A stretch of 64,000 bases of DNA, from NCBI GenBank assembly GCA_963729895.1, contig CAVSQB010000005.1:64001-128000 (forward strand), written 5' to 3'. Below, piece after piece: positions 19,162 through 28,602 of the stretch. Position 1 is the stretch's first letter, and every line of letters begins with the position of its first letter. This DNA comes from an uncultured Fibrobacterota bacterium. Its GTDB lineage: Bacteria > Fibrobacterota > Chitinivibrionia > Chitinivibrionales > FEN-1185. The position numbers and the translations under genes are program-made. A model generated the notes under the pieces. The model worked only from the letters and a program-made list of their open reading frames with translations, had not been told where the DNA came from and did no database searches.

Positions 19162-20487
19162 ATGCCATCCGTAGGCATCATCGGCGCCGGACTTGCGGGC
19201 AGCGAGGCAGCGCTCGTACTAGCGCGCCACCAGGTGAATGTCACGCTGTACGAAATGAGACCGGAACGGAGTACACCGGCGCACACAACCGGACTTCCCG
19301 CCGAACTCGTCTGCTCCAATTCCCTTAAATCGATGGAACTCCCCGGCGCGCAGGCCCTGCTCAAAGCGGAACTCGAATTGCTTTCCAGCCCGCTGCTTGC
19401 ATGCGCGAAAAGAACTTCGGTTCCCGCAGGCAAAGCCCTTGCAGTTGACAGAAAGGCGTTTTCAGAAGCGGTCCTTGCGGAGTTGCGGAGACATCCCGCC
19501 CTTGCCCTGAAAACAGAGGAGGTCTCACGGCCGCCCCGAAACCACGATTTCGTCATTATCGCCGCCGGGCCTTTGTCATCCGACGCAATTGTTGGGTGGC
19601 TGAAGACCGCCTTCTCGGCCGAAGCTCTCTATTTTTATGACGCAATTGCGCCGATCGTCTCCGCGGACTCCATCAACCTCAGCAAAGCCTTTTCCGGCTC
19701 GCGCTGGCGGCCCGAGGAGAAAGACTACATCAATTGTCCGTTTACGGAGGAGGAATACGTCGTTTTTCGCAAGGCCCTGCTATCCGGTGAAACGGCGCAA
19801 CGGCATTCGTTTGAGAGGGAACAGTTTTTCGAAGCCTGCCTGCCTCTCGATATCATCGCCTCGCGCGGATACGAATCCATGGCATACGGCCCGTTAAAAC
19901 CCATCGGCTTCACGGATCCGCAGACGGGGAAACGTCCGTTTGCCCTATGTCAACTACGTCGCGAAGATGCGGAGGGAACCAGCTACAGCCTTGTGGCCTG
20001 CCAGACGCGTCTGACCCAGGCGGAGCAAACAAGGATCTTCAGGAAGATTCCGGGTCTCGAACAAGCGGAATTTCTCCGGTTTGGTTCCTGTCACCGGAAC
20101 ACCTTTATGAATTCGCCGGAACTCCTGTCGAAGGACCTTTCGTTCAGGAAGATGACGTCCGTGCTTCTTGCGGGACAGTTATGCGGAAACGAGGGATACG
20201 TGGAAAGCATCGCAACGGGCCATCTGGCGGCGTTGTTTATTTTGGCGAAACTTTCCGGTAAGGAACTGCAGTGCCCGCCGGACACATCGGCGCTCGGCTC
20301 TTTGCTTGGGTATGTGACAACCTCTCAACATCGCCCGTTTTCGCCAACCAGCTTTCATTTCGGTCTGCTTCCGCCGCTCCCGGCGCTTTTCCGAAGGGTA
20401 CCTAAAAAGGAGAAGCAGACCCTTCTATGCAACCGGGCGCTTGAAGATATACTGAAATGGATCGGGGATATGGGGCACGAGACGTAG
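19162..20487 (+). CDS. trmFO: Folate/FAD-dependent tRNA m5U54 methyltransferase
   Basis: GAGLAGSEAA, AELVCSNS, FYDAIAP, GPLKPIG and HRNTF. Follows topA. Confidence 0.95.
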   Translation: MPSVGIIGAGLAGSEAALVLARHQVNVTLYEMRPERSTPAHTTGLPAELVCSNSLKSMELPGAQALLKAELELLSSPLLACAKRTSVPAGKALAVDRKAFSEAVLAELRRHPALALKTEEVSRPPRNHDFVIIAAGPLSSDAIVGWLKTAFSAEALYFYDAIAPIVSADSINLSKAFSGSRWRPEEKDYINCPFTEEEYVVFRKALLSGETAQRHSFEREQFFEACLPLDIIASRGYESMAYGPLKPIGFTDPQTGKRPFALCQLRREDAEGTSYSLVACQTRLTQAEQTRIFRKIPGLEQAEFLRFGSCHRNTFMNSPELLSKDLSFRKMTSVLLAGQLCGNEGYVESIATGHLAALFILAKLSGKELQCPPDTSALGSLLGYVTTSQHRPFSPTSFHFGLLPPLPALFRRVPKKEKQTLLCNRALEDILKWIGDMGHET

Positions 20488-20815
20488 ATACAATTCAAGT
20501 GCTGTTGGATAGCTGTGCCGGGTGACCCCCAAGTGGAATTAGCGGCGAGAATCCAATCTTATGTTGTGGGGCACCCACGAAGTGCAGTCGACAAGGCCAA
20601 TGAAGCAATCCGATGTTGACGAGTTGAGAAGTTGAAGAGTTGAATCGATGGCTGGGGCTGTGTGCAGTGGGCATTTATTAACGGGTGCTGCTGCGGTGCG
20701 CGCTTGTGTTAATCTATTCCATATTTTCTCCCTCTCCCCGTGGGAGAGGGCGGGGTGAGGTTACTCGGGCTTGCAGCGGGTACCTCCGCGCCGCACACGC
20801 TCAGCAATCCATAAT
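20488..20815 (+). repeat. Left ~330-bp direct repeat (family R) of the accessory island
   Basis: Highly similar to 35424-35753. Starts at the base right after the trmFO stop. Confidence 0.95.
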
Positions 20816-20921
20816 GCTATCCAGATAGTTGACACACCCCACCCGAAATGCGATTTTATCAAGAGCGCCTTTTGTGCCCGTGTAACGAATACTTTCCCTC
20901 ATCCCGAAAGGAACCCCGCCC

Positions 20922-21578
20922 ATGACTACCAAACAACCCAGCGCAAGTAACGCGCTTGGCGACAAAACCCAAAGCCTTCAGACATTCAATCTGCTGGATC
21001 TGCAACAATACACTTCGGAAAAAGCGTATTCCTCCACGGCGAGCAAGGATTTTCATTTGTTCTATGGCGGCCGCGACGACGTGCACGATATCCTCATGCA
21101 TGTTCTTTCGCGCGTGAGCTTCTCCCTGTATCTCAACATGTTCGGGTTCGACGACGACGAACTCAACGACATCCTCATGACAAAAGCCCTGGACCCGGGC
21201 ATTACCATGCTTATCACACTGGACCGGAGCCAGGCCGGCGGCGTGCACGAGAAGACCTTGCTGGCTTCCGATATTGCCAAGAATCCCACCGCCTACAACA
21301 CGCATTTCGTTACCGGTACGTCTTCCACCGGCCAGATAAGCCATACCAAGGGTTTTGTGGCCGACGGCAAGGTGGGCGCAGAAGGTTCGACAAACTGGTC
21401 CACATCGGGCGAGGGAACATTTATTGTCAAAGGAAAACCGGGCGGACCGGGGTACAAGGCGCAGAATAACACGCAGACCATTTTTACCGATCAGGATTCG
21501 ATAAGCAGGTTTCAGGCGGAGTTGATCGCGGAGCACATGGCGGCGCAGGCGCAGAAAAGTGCGGCGGCAGCGAAGTGA
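20922..21578 (+). CDS. Single-domain phospholipase D/Nuc-superfamily protein
   Basis: HTKGFVAD (HxKxxxxD) and GSTNWS motifs. RBS aagga. Confidence 0.8.
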   Translation: MTTKQPSASNALGDKTQSLQTFNLLDLQQYTSEKAYSSTASKDFHLFYGGRDDVHDILMHVLSRVSFSLYLNMFGFDDDELNDILMTKALDPGITMLITLDRSQAGGVHEKTLLASDIAKNPTAYNTHFVTGTSSTGQISHTKGFVADGKVGAEGSTNWSTSGEGTFIVKGKPGGPGYKAQNNTQTIFTDQDSISRFQAELIAEHMAAQAQKSAAAAK

Positions 21579-21630
21579 ATCTGGGAGTGAAAACGCGAGC
21601 GCGTTGGCAGTGGGCATGCGCTGCAGCGGG

Positions 21631-21702
21631 GTCGGGAGCTTCACTCCCGAACCCAGCCCTGCTTTTCTTCTTCAGCGAAGAAAAGTAGGCAAAAGACGCC
21701 GC
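21631..21702. repeat. REP-like element, inverted copy of 31744-31881
   Basis: The reverse complement shares tttgcctacttt and gggttcgggagtgaagctcc with the 31744 copy. Confidence 0.8.
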
Positions 21703-21963
21703 CCCGCAGTGGCGCTTCATTGCCGCGGCCTCCGGGCGGCTGCGGAACAATGGAAGTGATATTGTAAAGCCTCTCCCTCCGGGAAAGGCAGGACTCGTCC
21801 TCACCGCAATTCCTCCGGCCGCGGCCGCGCACTGATGGGGAAAATGCAAAATCACTATATAATCTACGGTGGCATAAGGGATAACGCTTTCTACAAATGG
21901 GCAACATTCCTCTGCCCAGCGCCAGGGCGCACATGTTTTGTGACTTTATGCCCCGGAAAATGA

Positions 21964-21993
21964 CCCTGCCCTTCGTCTTGACGAAGGACAGGG
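21964..21993 (-). terminator. Terminator hairpin after the DUF6261-like gene
   Basis: ccctgcccttcgtc / gacgaaggacaggg stem. Confidence 0.6.
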
Positions 21994-22026
21994 GAACCCA
22001 AATCATATCTTTATTGATATGATTTG

Positions 22027-22857
22027 TTACGCCGCCTTGGCCTGGACCTCGGGCTGCTGCTCCGGCGGAACAACGCTTGGCGAAGAGGAACTCACCGCCG
22101 GCTTGGCCGCCGCTGCGGGAGCGGGGGACGGCGTTGCGTTTGCGTCCTTGCTCCGCGTTTTGCGGCCATGCGCCTTCGACATGATATCCGCGATCGCCTC
22201 GTTGAGTTGAGGGACCGCACTTTGGAACGCGGGGTCCTTCTGGGCCTGCGCATCCACATACTGAATGAGTTTGACGATGTGGTAGCAGACCTCGTTTGTC
22301 TGGGTCTTTGCCACGGCAACCGGCTGCTGCGCATAGGCCTTCACCTTTGACCGGTACTCAGCCTCAAAATCATTCTGCGCATTTGTGAACTCGGTCACCA
22401 TGTCGGCAATGCCCAGTTGGGTGATGTACGCCTGGGCGTCCGGCTGGTTGAAGTTCGCCAGTATGGAGGTGAACGCGCCGGTCTTTCTCGTGTAACTGAG
22501 GTTGTCCGCACGCTTCCCCTGCCGGTCTATGACATCGAGGAGATAGTCCGCGGCGCGCTTGTTATCGGCCTTGGACGCAACGCCCGATATGCCCTGCAAA
22601 AGGCTCACAATGCCCCGAAACGCCGAGACACGCGCGTCGTCTTTTGCCGCCAGGTCGGCGGTATAGAGACCTGCCCGTTTTGCCTGGATCGCCGCCTTCA
22701 GAGATACCAGGCCGGCGTTCATGGCCGCCAGCTCCGACGTTACGAATGCGTCGTTCTGGATTGCGCCGGATATGAGTTCATCCAACCGTTCCGCGGTGGC
22801 GACGACTTCGGTTGGCAGCAGCAGCGAGGGCGCCAGGTTTCTTATGGACTTGTTCAT
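22027..22857 (-). CDS. DUF6261-like all-helical hypothetical protein
   Basis: RBS aggag. The DDAR...LSYTRKT...LGI...F...Y pattern recalls DUF6261 (assignment from memory, not searched). Pro/Ala-rich tail. Confidence 0.65.
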   Translation of the reverse strand: MNKSIRNLAPSLLLPTEVVATAERLDELISGAIQNDAFVTSELAAMNAGLVSLKAAIQAKRAGLYTADLAAKDDARVSAFRGIVSLLQGISGVASKADNKRAADYLLDVIDRQGKRADNLSYTRKTGAFTSILANFNQPDAQAYITQLGIADMVTEFTNAQNDFEAEYRSKVKAYAQQPVAVAKTQTNEVCYHIVKLIQYVDAQAQKDPAFQSAVPQLNEAIADIMSKAHGRKTRSKDANATPSPAPAAAAKPAVSSSSPSVVPPEQQPEVQAKAA

Positions 22858-22999
22858 TGGTAGACTCCTGTTTGTTAAAGTACGATGTGCCTCCGGTGCG
22901 CACGCCGTGACAGCGGCGCCCGCGCCCGGAGAGGAAAAAAAATGCCGTAAACCTGCAAGCTTGCGTTCTGCGACACGTTTCGAACAGGCCGTCTGTTCC

Positions 23000-23014
23000 G
23001 CAATCTCCATGCCA
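23000..23014 (-). promoter_or_regulatory. Sigma-54 (-24/-12) promoter motif
   Basis: Minus strand TGGCATG-GAGA-TTGC, with exact GG-N10-GC spacing, about 145 nt upstream of the DUF6261-like start. Confidence 0.6.
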
Positions 23015-23231
23015 AATGTTAATCCGTGTATCGGCCTGGGCCGGATTCCTTGGAAAGCGCATGCCGCGCTAAAACGCCGTAAGTGATTAAAAAACCGTTT
23101 GTCTATCCTGTGCCGAAACGCAATATATGCGCATGTTTCCCGCCCGCCGCTCACCTGCTAAAAGAACCGATTTGCAGCGACTTCACAGTGCCCATGATAT
23201 TGACAACCGGATTTTTGGTTGCATAAATGCG

Positions 23232-23577
23232 TTCGCCGAAAGTGTACGAGTCGCATCTGAGCGAATTTTTCATTCGCCAAATTGCGGATGCCAAGAAAGG
23301 GCGCGTTTTGGGGCTCGCCAACTCGCGGAGTCGAAGAAATTTGTTCGCAGGTGCTTCGCGCGTCCGCGAAGTAGTCGGAAAGATCTCATCTTGAGGTTCG
23401 CGCCTCCGCGAAGTGTCGGAAAGACTTCATCCGGAGGTTCGCGAGTCGGCGGAGTCGAATAAATGCGCTTTCCGAAGCCTCGCGAGCTTGTGAAGTCGAG
23501 GAAAGATTGCGTCTGATGGCTTCGCGAGTTGGCGAGTGGAAAAATGGGTTTCTCGGGAGGATCGCCGGGCGGGAGAG
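23232..23577. repeat. Phased array of YTCGC-N6-GCGRA palindromes, 41-42 bp period
   Basis: Cores start at 23232 (weak), 23273, 23314, 23355, 23397, 23438, 23479, 23521 and 23561 (weak). Confidence 0.85.
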
Positions 23578-23619
23578 GAGAAAGAAGCGAAATTTCGGCA
23601 TACCGCGCGGTTCTTGCGT

Positions 23620-24250
23620 TCGTCTCGATACAGCCCACACCGGTCCTCTCGATACTTTCCTTACCGTTCGTCTCGATACGTCCCGCATTTCATGCGGCAC
23701 ACTCGACGTCCGGGCTACCGTCCCGCCGGTCATTGAGTAGATGCGAAGCATCGTATCGAAATGCCGGCCTGCAGGCATCCAGCTCCGCCGGGTCCCTCGG
23801 ACTGCGGGCCGCGCCATAACTGAGTCGGGGCCTTCCGCCCCGAACCCCGACCAAGGAGCGTTCAGCAGCAAACGCCCCTTGGAACCCCGTGCCGCGCCTA
23901 CAGCGCCGCCGGTACCCATGTGGCCGGCAGGCCGCTCGCGAACGCGTCCGGCAGGACATTTTTCCAATCCTCAAAAGATGCCGGCCTTGAACGACGCGAG
24001 CGGACCAATCCGCCGGTCCCATGGAGCGGCGCTGATGGCGAAAGAAAAAAACAAGACAATTCGCACGGAATTGGCGCAAGCCCATGTTGAAAGGTGGGCG
24101 GTGTTCCTCTGCCCGGCGCCAGGAAGGACCGAAGTGGTGAGCTGAAGCGAATTGCCGCCCGGACCCGCCGCTACCGCGGCATAGGGCCGTGGCGGCCGGA
24201 GGCCGAAGGCCGAGACCGGAGCGAGGGCCGCCGCTGTACTCGGCGGAGCG
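23620..24250. repeat. Cluster of REP-like palindromes
   Basis: Three tctcgatac copies, gtcattgagtagatgcgaagcatcgtatcgaaatg, ggggccttccgccccgaacccc and ggccgaaggcc. No credible ORF. Confidence 0.5.
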
Positions 24251-24380
24251 CCCAATTTTTTGTCGTGAATTAGCAATACATTCAAGAACGGAACATAAGG
24301 TTCCGTTCTTGAGAACCACTTTATAGTATAATGAACATGTCCGCTTCCGGTGCCAAACGCAACCGCCTCCAAGGAGAATT

Positions 24381-24752
24381 GTGAAACTCGAACTCGAAGT
24401 TGTCGTGGTCGACGACGAACAGTTCATCACAGACATCCTGACAAGCTTCATAAACCTTGAAGCGCCGCAGGTACGGGTGCACGCGTTCAACTGCCCGACC
24501 AAGGCGCGCGATTTCATCTCCGCCAACCCCGTGGACATCCTGATCACCGACTACAGAATGCCGGTTATTGACGGCATGCAACTCGCCGCAGCCGCGCCCG
24601 CCCACGTGAGGAAAGTGTTGCTCTCAGGGTTTATCCCGGAAATTGCGGAAAAGGAAATGAAGGCGCTCAACGTGACAGTACTGGGAAAGCCGGTGCCGCT
24701 GAAGGTGCTGGGGAAGATCATTGCGGAGGAGATGGGGAGAGGGGCGGGGTGA
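24381..24752 (+). CDS. Single-domain response regulator (CheY-like receiver)
   Basis: VVDDE, ITDYRMP (phospho-Asp) and GKP. RBS aaggag before GTG. Confidence 0.9.
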   Translation: MKLELEVVVVDDEQFITDILTSFINLEAPQVRVHAFNCPTKARDFISANPVDILITDYRMPVIDGMQLAAAAPAHVRKVLLSGFIPEIAEKEMKALNVTVLGKPVPLKVLGKIIAEEMGRGAG

Positions 24753-24927
24753 ATAAGGTCCTCAAAAACACAATTGGCATGATAAAATTTGGAGGGGTAA
24801 AAAGTTTATCATACATGCCGTTTTGGTGTGCATGATATACTTCGAAGTATTGTTTAGCGGTTTGAGATGGTCGACTTTTCTTGACAGGAATTTCTGATTG
24901 CTTAGTTGGCCTTGCCTGTCTTGCTCG

Positions 24928-25770
24928 TCAAGCTGCCTTTGATAGCACTACCTCACCAATATACACTTCCATTGGATAGTTGTAAAGGAGGGACGAGTGC
25001 TCCCTCCGGTTGTTGTACCGTTCAAAGAACTCCGCAAGGCCGGTGCGGCACTCGGCAACGGAGCTGTACCCCCGTATGTAGATGTCGTCGTACTTGACCG
25101 TTCGCCACAGCCTCTCGACAAACACGTTATCCAGCGCCCGCCCTCGTCCGTCCATGCTGATCCGGATACCGCGTTCAAGGAGCACCGAGGTGAACTCCTC
25201 GCTGGTGAACTGACATCCCTGATCCGAGTTGAAGATTTCCGGTTCTCCGTACTTCGCCAGTGCCTCCTTGAGAACTTCGATGCAGAAGCCGCTGTCCAGC
25301 GAGGTCGACAGACGCCATGCAAGGACGCACCGACTGTACCAGTCGATAACGGCGCAGAGGTAAGCGAAGCCGCCGTTGAGGCGGATGTAGGTGATATCGG
25401 TGCTCCACACCTGGTTGGGGTGGTTGACCACTACGCCACGAAGCAGATACGGGTACTTCTTGTGTGCCTTATTGGGCTTCGAGGTGTTCAGGGCCCGGTA
25501 GATCGCGTGGAGGCCCATACGGGCCATCAGCCTGCGAATCTTGCTGCGCCCAACCTCCAGCCCAAACTGACGCCTCATGGCCGCCCGGAGCCTTCTGGTG
25601 CCCCGCGTGGGGTCATCGGTGAATAGCTCATCGATACGATCCATGAGCAACTTGTTCATCGGACTAGTCTGCGGCGTATAGTAAATCGAGGTCCGACAAA
25701 TGGAAAGCAGCGAACACTGCCTCTTCAAAGTCAAGTCCTCGCTTGTAGAATCGGCCATCTTTGCTCTCAT
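24928..25770 (-). CDS. IS3-family transposase OrfB (rve DDE)
   Basis: WSTDITYI, FNSDQGCQF and DNVFVERLWRTVKY. Confidence 0.95.
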   Translation of the reverse strand: MRAKMADSTSEDLTLKRQCSLLSICRTSIYYTPQTSPMNKLLMDRIDELFTDDPTRGTRRLRAAMRRQFGLEVGRSKIRRLMARMGLHAIYRALNTSKPNKAHKKYPYLLRGVVVNHPNQVWSTDITYIRLNGGFAYLCAVIDWYSRCVLAWRLSTSLDSGFCIEVLKEALAKYGEPEIFNSDQGCQFTSEEFTSVLLERGIRISMDGRGRALDNVFVERLWRTVKYDDIYIRGYSSVAECRTGLAEFFERYNNRREHSSLLYNYPMEVYIGEVVLSKAA

Positions 25771-26064
25771 AGCATGCCCAGCTTCCGCAAGTTTTTTTTT
25801 AGGAACTCGACATCCATGGTCAGCTCCCCGACCTTGCGTGCATACTCATCGCGATCACCGCGAACGCGCTCAAGCTCTTGCTCGGCGTTCTTGTCTCCCG
25901 AAAAAGCCATCTGCGCGTTGCCAAGAAACTGCCTGCGCCACTGAGCTATCTGGTTGGGATGGACTTCGTACCGACTTGCCAAAACGGACAGCGGTTCGGC
26001 CTCCTTCAAGGCTTCCAGAACCACCTTCGTCTTCAGAGCGTCGTCGATCTTGCGGCGGGTCCGC
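25767..26064 (-). pseudogene. IS3-family OrfA lacking its native start
   Basis: HTH (KTKVVLEAL...HPNQIAQW). The first codons in the ORF track lie inside the end of element B. Confidence 0.75.
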
Positions 26065-26067
26065 TGG

Positions 26068-26925
26068 CTATACCCCAATTACTTTCTCAGTCGAAATGGG
26101 AGTTTTCTCTTTGAATTGACCTCTGTATTCTTCAGGTGTTTTCCCCTTTAGTGATCCGTGTGGCCGTATCCGGTTGTAAATGTTCTTCCAATGTTCGATT
26201 ATTCTTTCTGCGTCCTCTAATGAGATGAACCAGTTTTCATTCAAGCATTGGTCCCTGAATATCGAATTGAATGATTCTACAAAAGCATTCTGGCTGGGCT
26301 TGCCGGGCTGAATGAATTCCTGCCTTACCTGGTTTCGTATTGCCCAGAGCATGAGTTCTTTGCTCCGGAATTCCGGGCCGTTATCAGTCAACAGAGCTTC
26401 CGGCTTTCCGTACCTGGCCACCAGGTGGTCTAGAACTTGGCAGACTCCTAGTGCTGGAATAGAACGTGCTACCTTGATTGCAAGAGCCTCACGGGTGCAG
26501 TCATCGACAACATTCAGGCATTTCAGCTTGCGCTTGTCGGAAGTACTGTCGAATATGAAATCCATTGACCAGCGACGGCTTGGCCGATCCGGCAGCGTCA
26601 ACGGCATCCGTTGGCTATTGCGTTTCTGACGCCTCCTCCGCTTGCTTTTCTGAAGCGATTCTTCCTTGTAGAGCCGATGCACACGTTTGTGATTTACTAT
26701 GTACCCAAGGTTGCGGAGATACCAATAAAGCGTCGGAAAGCCCCATGAACGGAACGATGAAATGGTTTCATGCATTTTTGTTTTCAACTCGCTGTTCAAA
26801 GCCGATTCCTGCGGTCGATAGCGGTACCCTGCCGGTGTCATACCCAGAAGTCCGCATGCTTTCCGTTGACTCAGGCCTTGCCGCATTAGTGCGTCCACAG
26901 TCAGCCTACGCTGAGGACGCTTCAC
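26068..26925 (-). CDS. IS3-family transposase OrfB
   Basis: NHKRVHRLY, WSMDF, DNGPEF and PGKPSQNAFVESFN. Confidence 0.95.
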   Translation of the reverse strand: MKRPQRRLTVDALMRQGLSQRKACGLLGMTPAGYRYRPQESALNSELKTKMHETISSFRSWGFPTLYWYLRNLGYIVNHKRVHRLYKEESLQKSKRRRRQKRNSQRMPLTLPDRPSRRWSMDFIFDSTSDKRKLKCLNVVDDCTREALAIKVARSIPALGVCQVLDHLVARYGKPEALLTDNGPEFRSKELMLWAIRNQVRQEFIQPGKPSQNAFVESFNSIFRDQCLNENWFISLEDAERIIEHWKNIYNRIRPHGSLKGKTPEEYRGQFKEKTPISTEKVIGV

Positions 26926-27188
26926 TATTTTCTTTGCAGCACTTCCTTCATTGCATCGATCTGAAGTGCCTGGTCTGCAACAATCCGCTTGAGCCGGCTG
27001 TTTTCGCCCTCGATCTCCTTCATCCTTTTCAGATCAGAGAGCTCAAGTCCGCTGTATTTGCTCTTCCAACGGAAGTACGTGTTCTCTGAAATACCATATT
27101 GACGACAAAGATCAGCGACTTTGGCTCCGCGGTCGCCCTCTTGCAGGATCCGAAAAATCTGCTCTTCACTGTAGCGCTTGCCTTTCAT
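26925..27188 (-). CDS. IS3-family transposase OrfA
   Basis: KRYSEEQI...GISENTYFRWKSKY...ENSRLKRIVA. Confidence 0.95.
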   Translation of the reverse strand: MKGKRYSEEQIFRILQEGDRGAKVADLCRQYGISENTYFRWKSKYSGLELSDLKRMKEIEGENSRLKRIVADQALQIDAMKEVLQRK

Positions 27189-27590
27189 GAGTCCTCCTAG
27201 TTAGTTTAAAATAACTCGGAAAACTCCCTTCTCAAATGAGCAAGTTTTCGGGGGTATAGCCACAGCGTGAATAAATCCTAATACCAAACCTCGTCATCCG
27301 CACGCACGGGTGCCCTGTTTGACCAACAAGAAAAACCGTGTGCCACTGTCGTCACTTCGACACTTCGGCGAAGCTCAGTGCAGCGTTTCGCTCAGTGCAG
27401 GCCTCGACAGTGCCCTCGACCGTTGATTGTCACGAAAGACTTGTCAATGCATCATCATAAGGGCGATCACTTTCGCCTTTGCCGCTTTTCCGAAATCCCA
27501 CGCCATCCCTCTTCTCAAATCCTATTTTAAGATTGTTCGTTCAAGGTCGCACCTTTCCGAAGCCGCAATAGGAGACCTCTTCACAAATGC

Positions 27591-27660
27591 CCTGCGAACA
27601 TGCAGATGTTGGCAACCGAGACGGTCTTGAGGCGGGCGGAATTGATTCCGGAGAATATGG
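27591..27660 (+). pseudogene. hsdR 3' tail remnant, copy 1
   Basis: Translates [23 protein letters not shown]. Confidence 0.75.
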
Positions 27661-27703
27661 CTACTGTGATGGATAGGCAACAATAATCAGCGAAGGGGCC
27701 GCG

Positions 27704-28363
27704 ATGAACCTGGAGAAGCGCATTCTAGAGGTGAACCAAATCCGGATTCCGGCATTGTGTATTTCAAACAACAACGATGTGCTTGCGGTTGTTATTCACG
27801 GCTATGGAGGGAACAAAGAGGAGATTTTCGGGCTCAGTTCATACCTGTCTTGCAATGGCGTGGATACGGTTACCGTCGATTTGAGGGGGCACGGAGAAAA
27901 CGACAGTCAGTATACCATCGATGTCATGGAAGATATCAACTTGCTCGTGCAAAAGTTTAGCGGGAAGAAGAAGGTCATGACGATTGGCCATTCACTTGGC
28001 GGACGCTTGGCCTTGCTTGCCGGGGCTGAGGCAAGGATCGGCATTTCCCCTGCGCTGAGCAGGACATATTCCGATCAAACAAGATCGACAATTGTGAACC
28101 TGAGAAAATACAGGGTCAAGGAAGAAGGCATTGATAACAATTTCAAGATTCTCGCTGAACTTCCTGCGGCAAACCTGTCGCCCGGGAAATCTCTGGTCTT
28201 GTACGGTTCCAGGGACGTACCCGAAATAAAGGAAGCCTGCGTTGAATTGGAGAACAGGGGAGCCAACGTCGTAAGGATCGAAAACGCCTTACATAACGAT
28301 ATTTTCCTTCTGAAGGAAACATTCTCGGCAATCGGGGCATTTACAACAAAACAACTTTCCTAA
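27704..28363 (+). CDS. Alpha/beta hydrolase
   Basis: HGYGG, DLRGHG and GHSLGG. Confidence 0.9.
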   Translation: MNLEKRILEVNQIRIPALCISNNNDVLAVVIHGYGGNKEEIFGLSSYLSCNGVDTVTVDLRGHGENDSQYTIDVMEDINLLVQKFSGKKKVMTIGHSLGGRLALLAGAEARIGISPALSRTYSDQTRSTIVNLRKYRVKEEGIDNNFKILAELPAANLSPGKSLVLYGSRDVPEIKEACVELENRGANVVRIENALHNDIFLLKETFSAIGAFTTKQLS

Positions 28364-28602
28364 TGTCGTTGCCATGAATGTCTACAGCTATATCGGCGTT
28401 TGACAATAACTCTTCCGTATTTCACGAGCGCCCTCTCCATTCCGACCAAAAAAGGTAGAAGCGCAAACGGTATTCAGAATGCCATACAATAGAATGGAAA
28501 GATTATCATTTCATTTTTTAAAGGTATGGTAATGGCGCTTCGCGCAAATATTGTGTCTTTTGCCTTTTCCTCGCAGCTTACCGCGGGGTCTTTCAATCAT
28601 TA

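Larger units (their letters stand above)
24863..26064 (-). mobile_element. IS3-family element A, left end truncated by element B
   Basis: Putative IRR tgagatggtcgacttttcttgacag at 24863. orfA/orfB with an A9 slippery tract at 25792-25800. Confidence 0.85.
26065..27262 (-). mobile_element. IS3-family (IS407-like) element B, 1198 bp
   Basis: TG...CA ends. TIRs tggctataccccaattactttctca / tggctatacccccgaaaacttgctca. No target duplication. Confidence 0.92.

Noticed and set aside
23232..23577. CRISPR array
   Set aside because: The repeats are only ~16 bp and degenerate, the linkers are ~24 bp and partly similar to each other, and no cas genes are present.
24718..24752. Fifth hsdR tail at the end of the response regulator (IAEEMGRGAG)
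   Set aside because: The similarity is short and equally explained by the REP motif gggagagggcggggtga.
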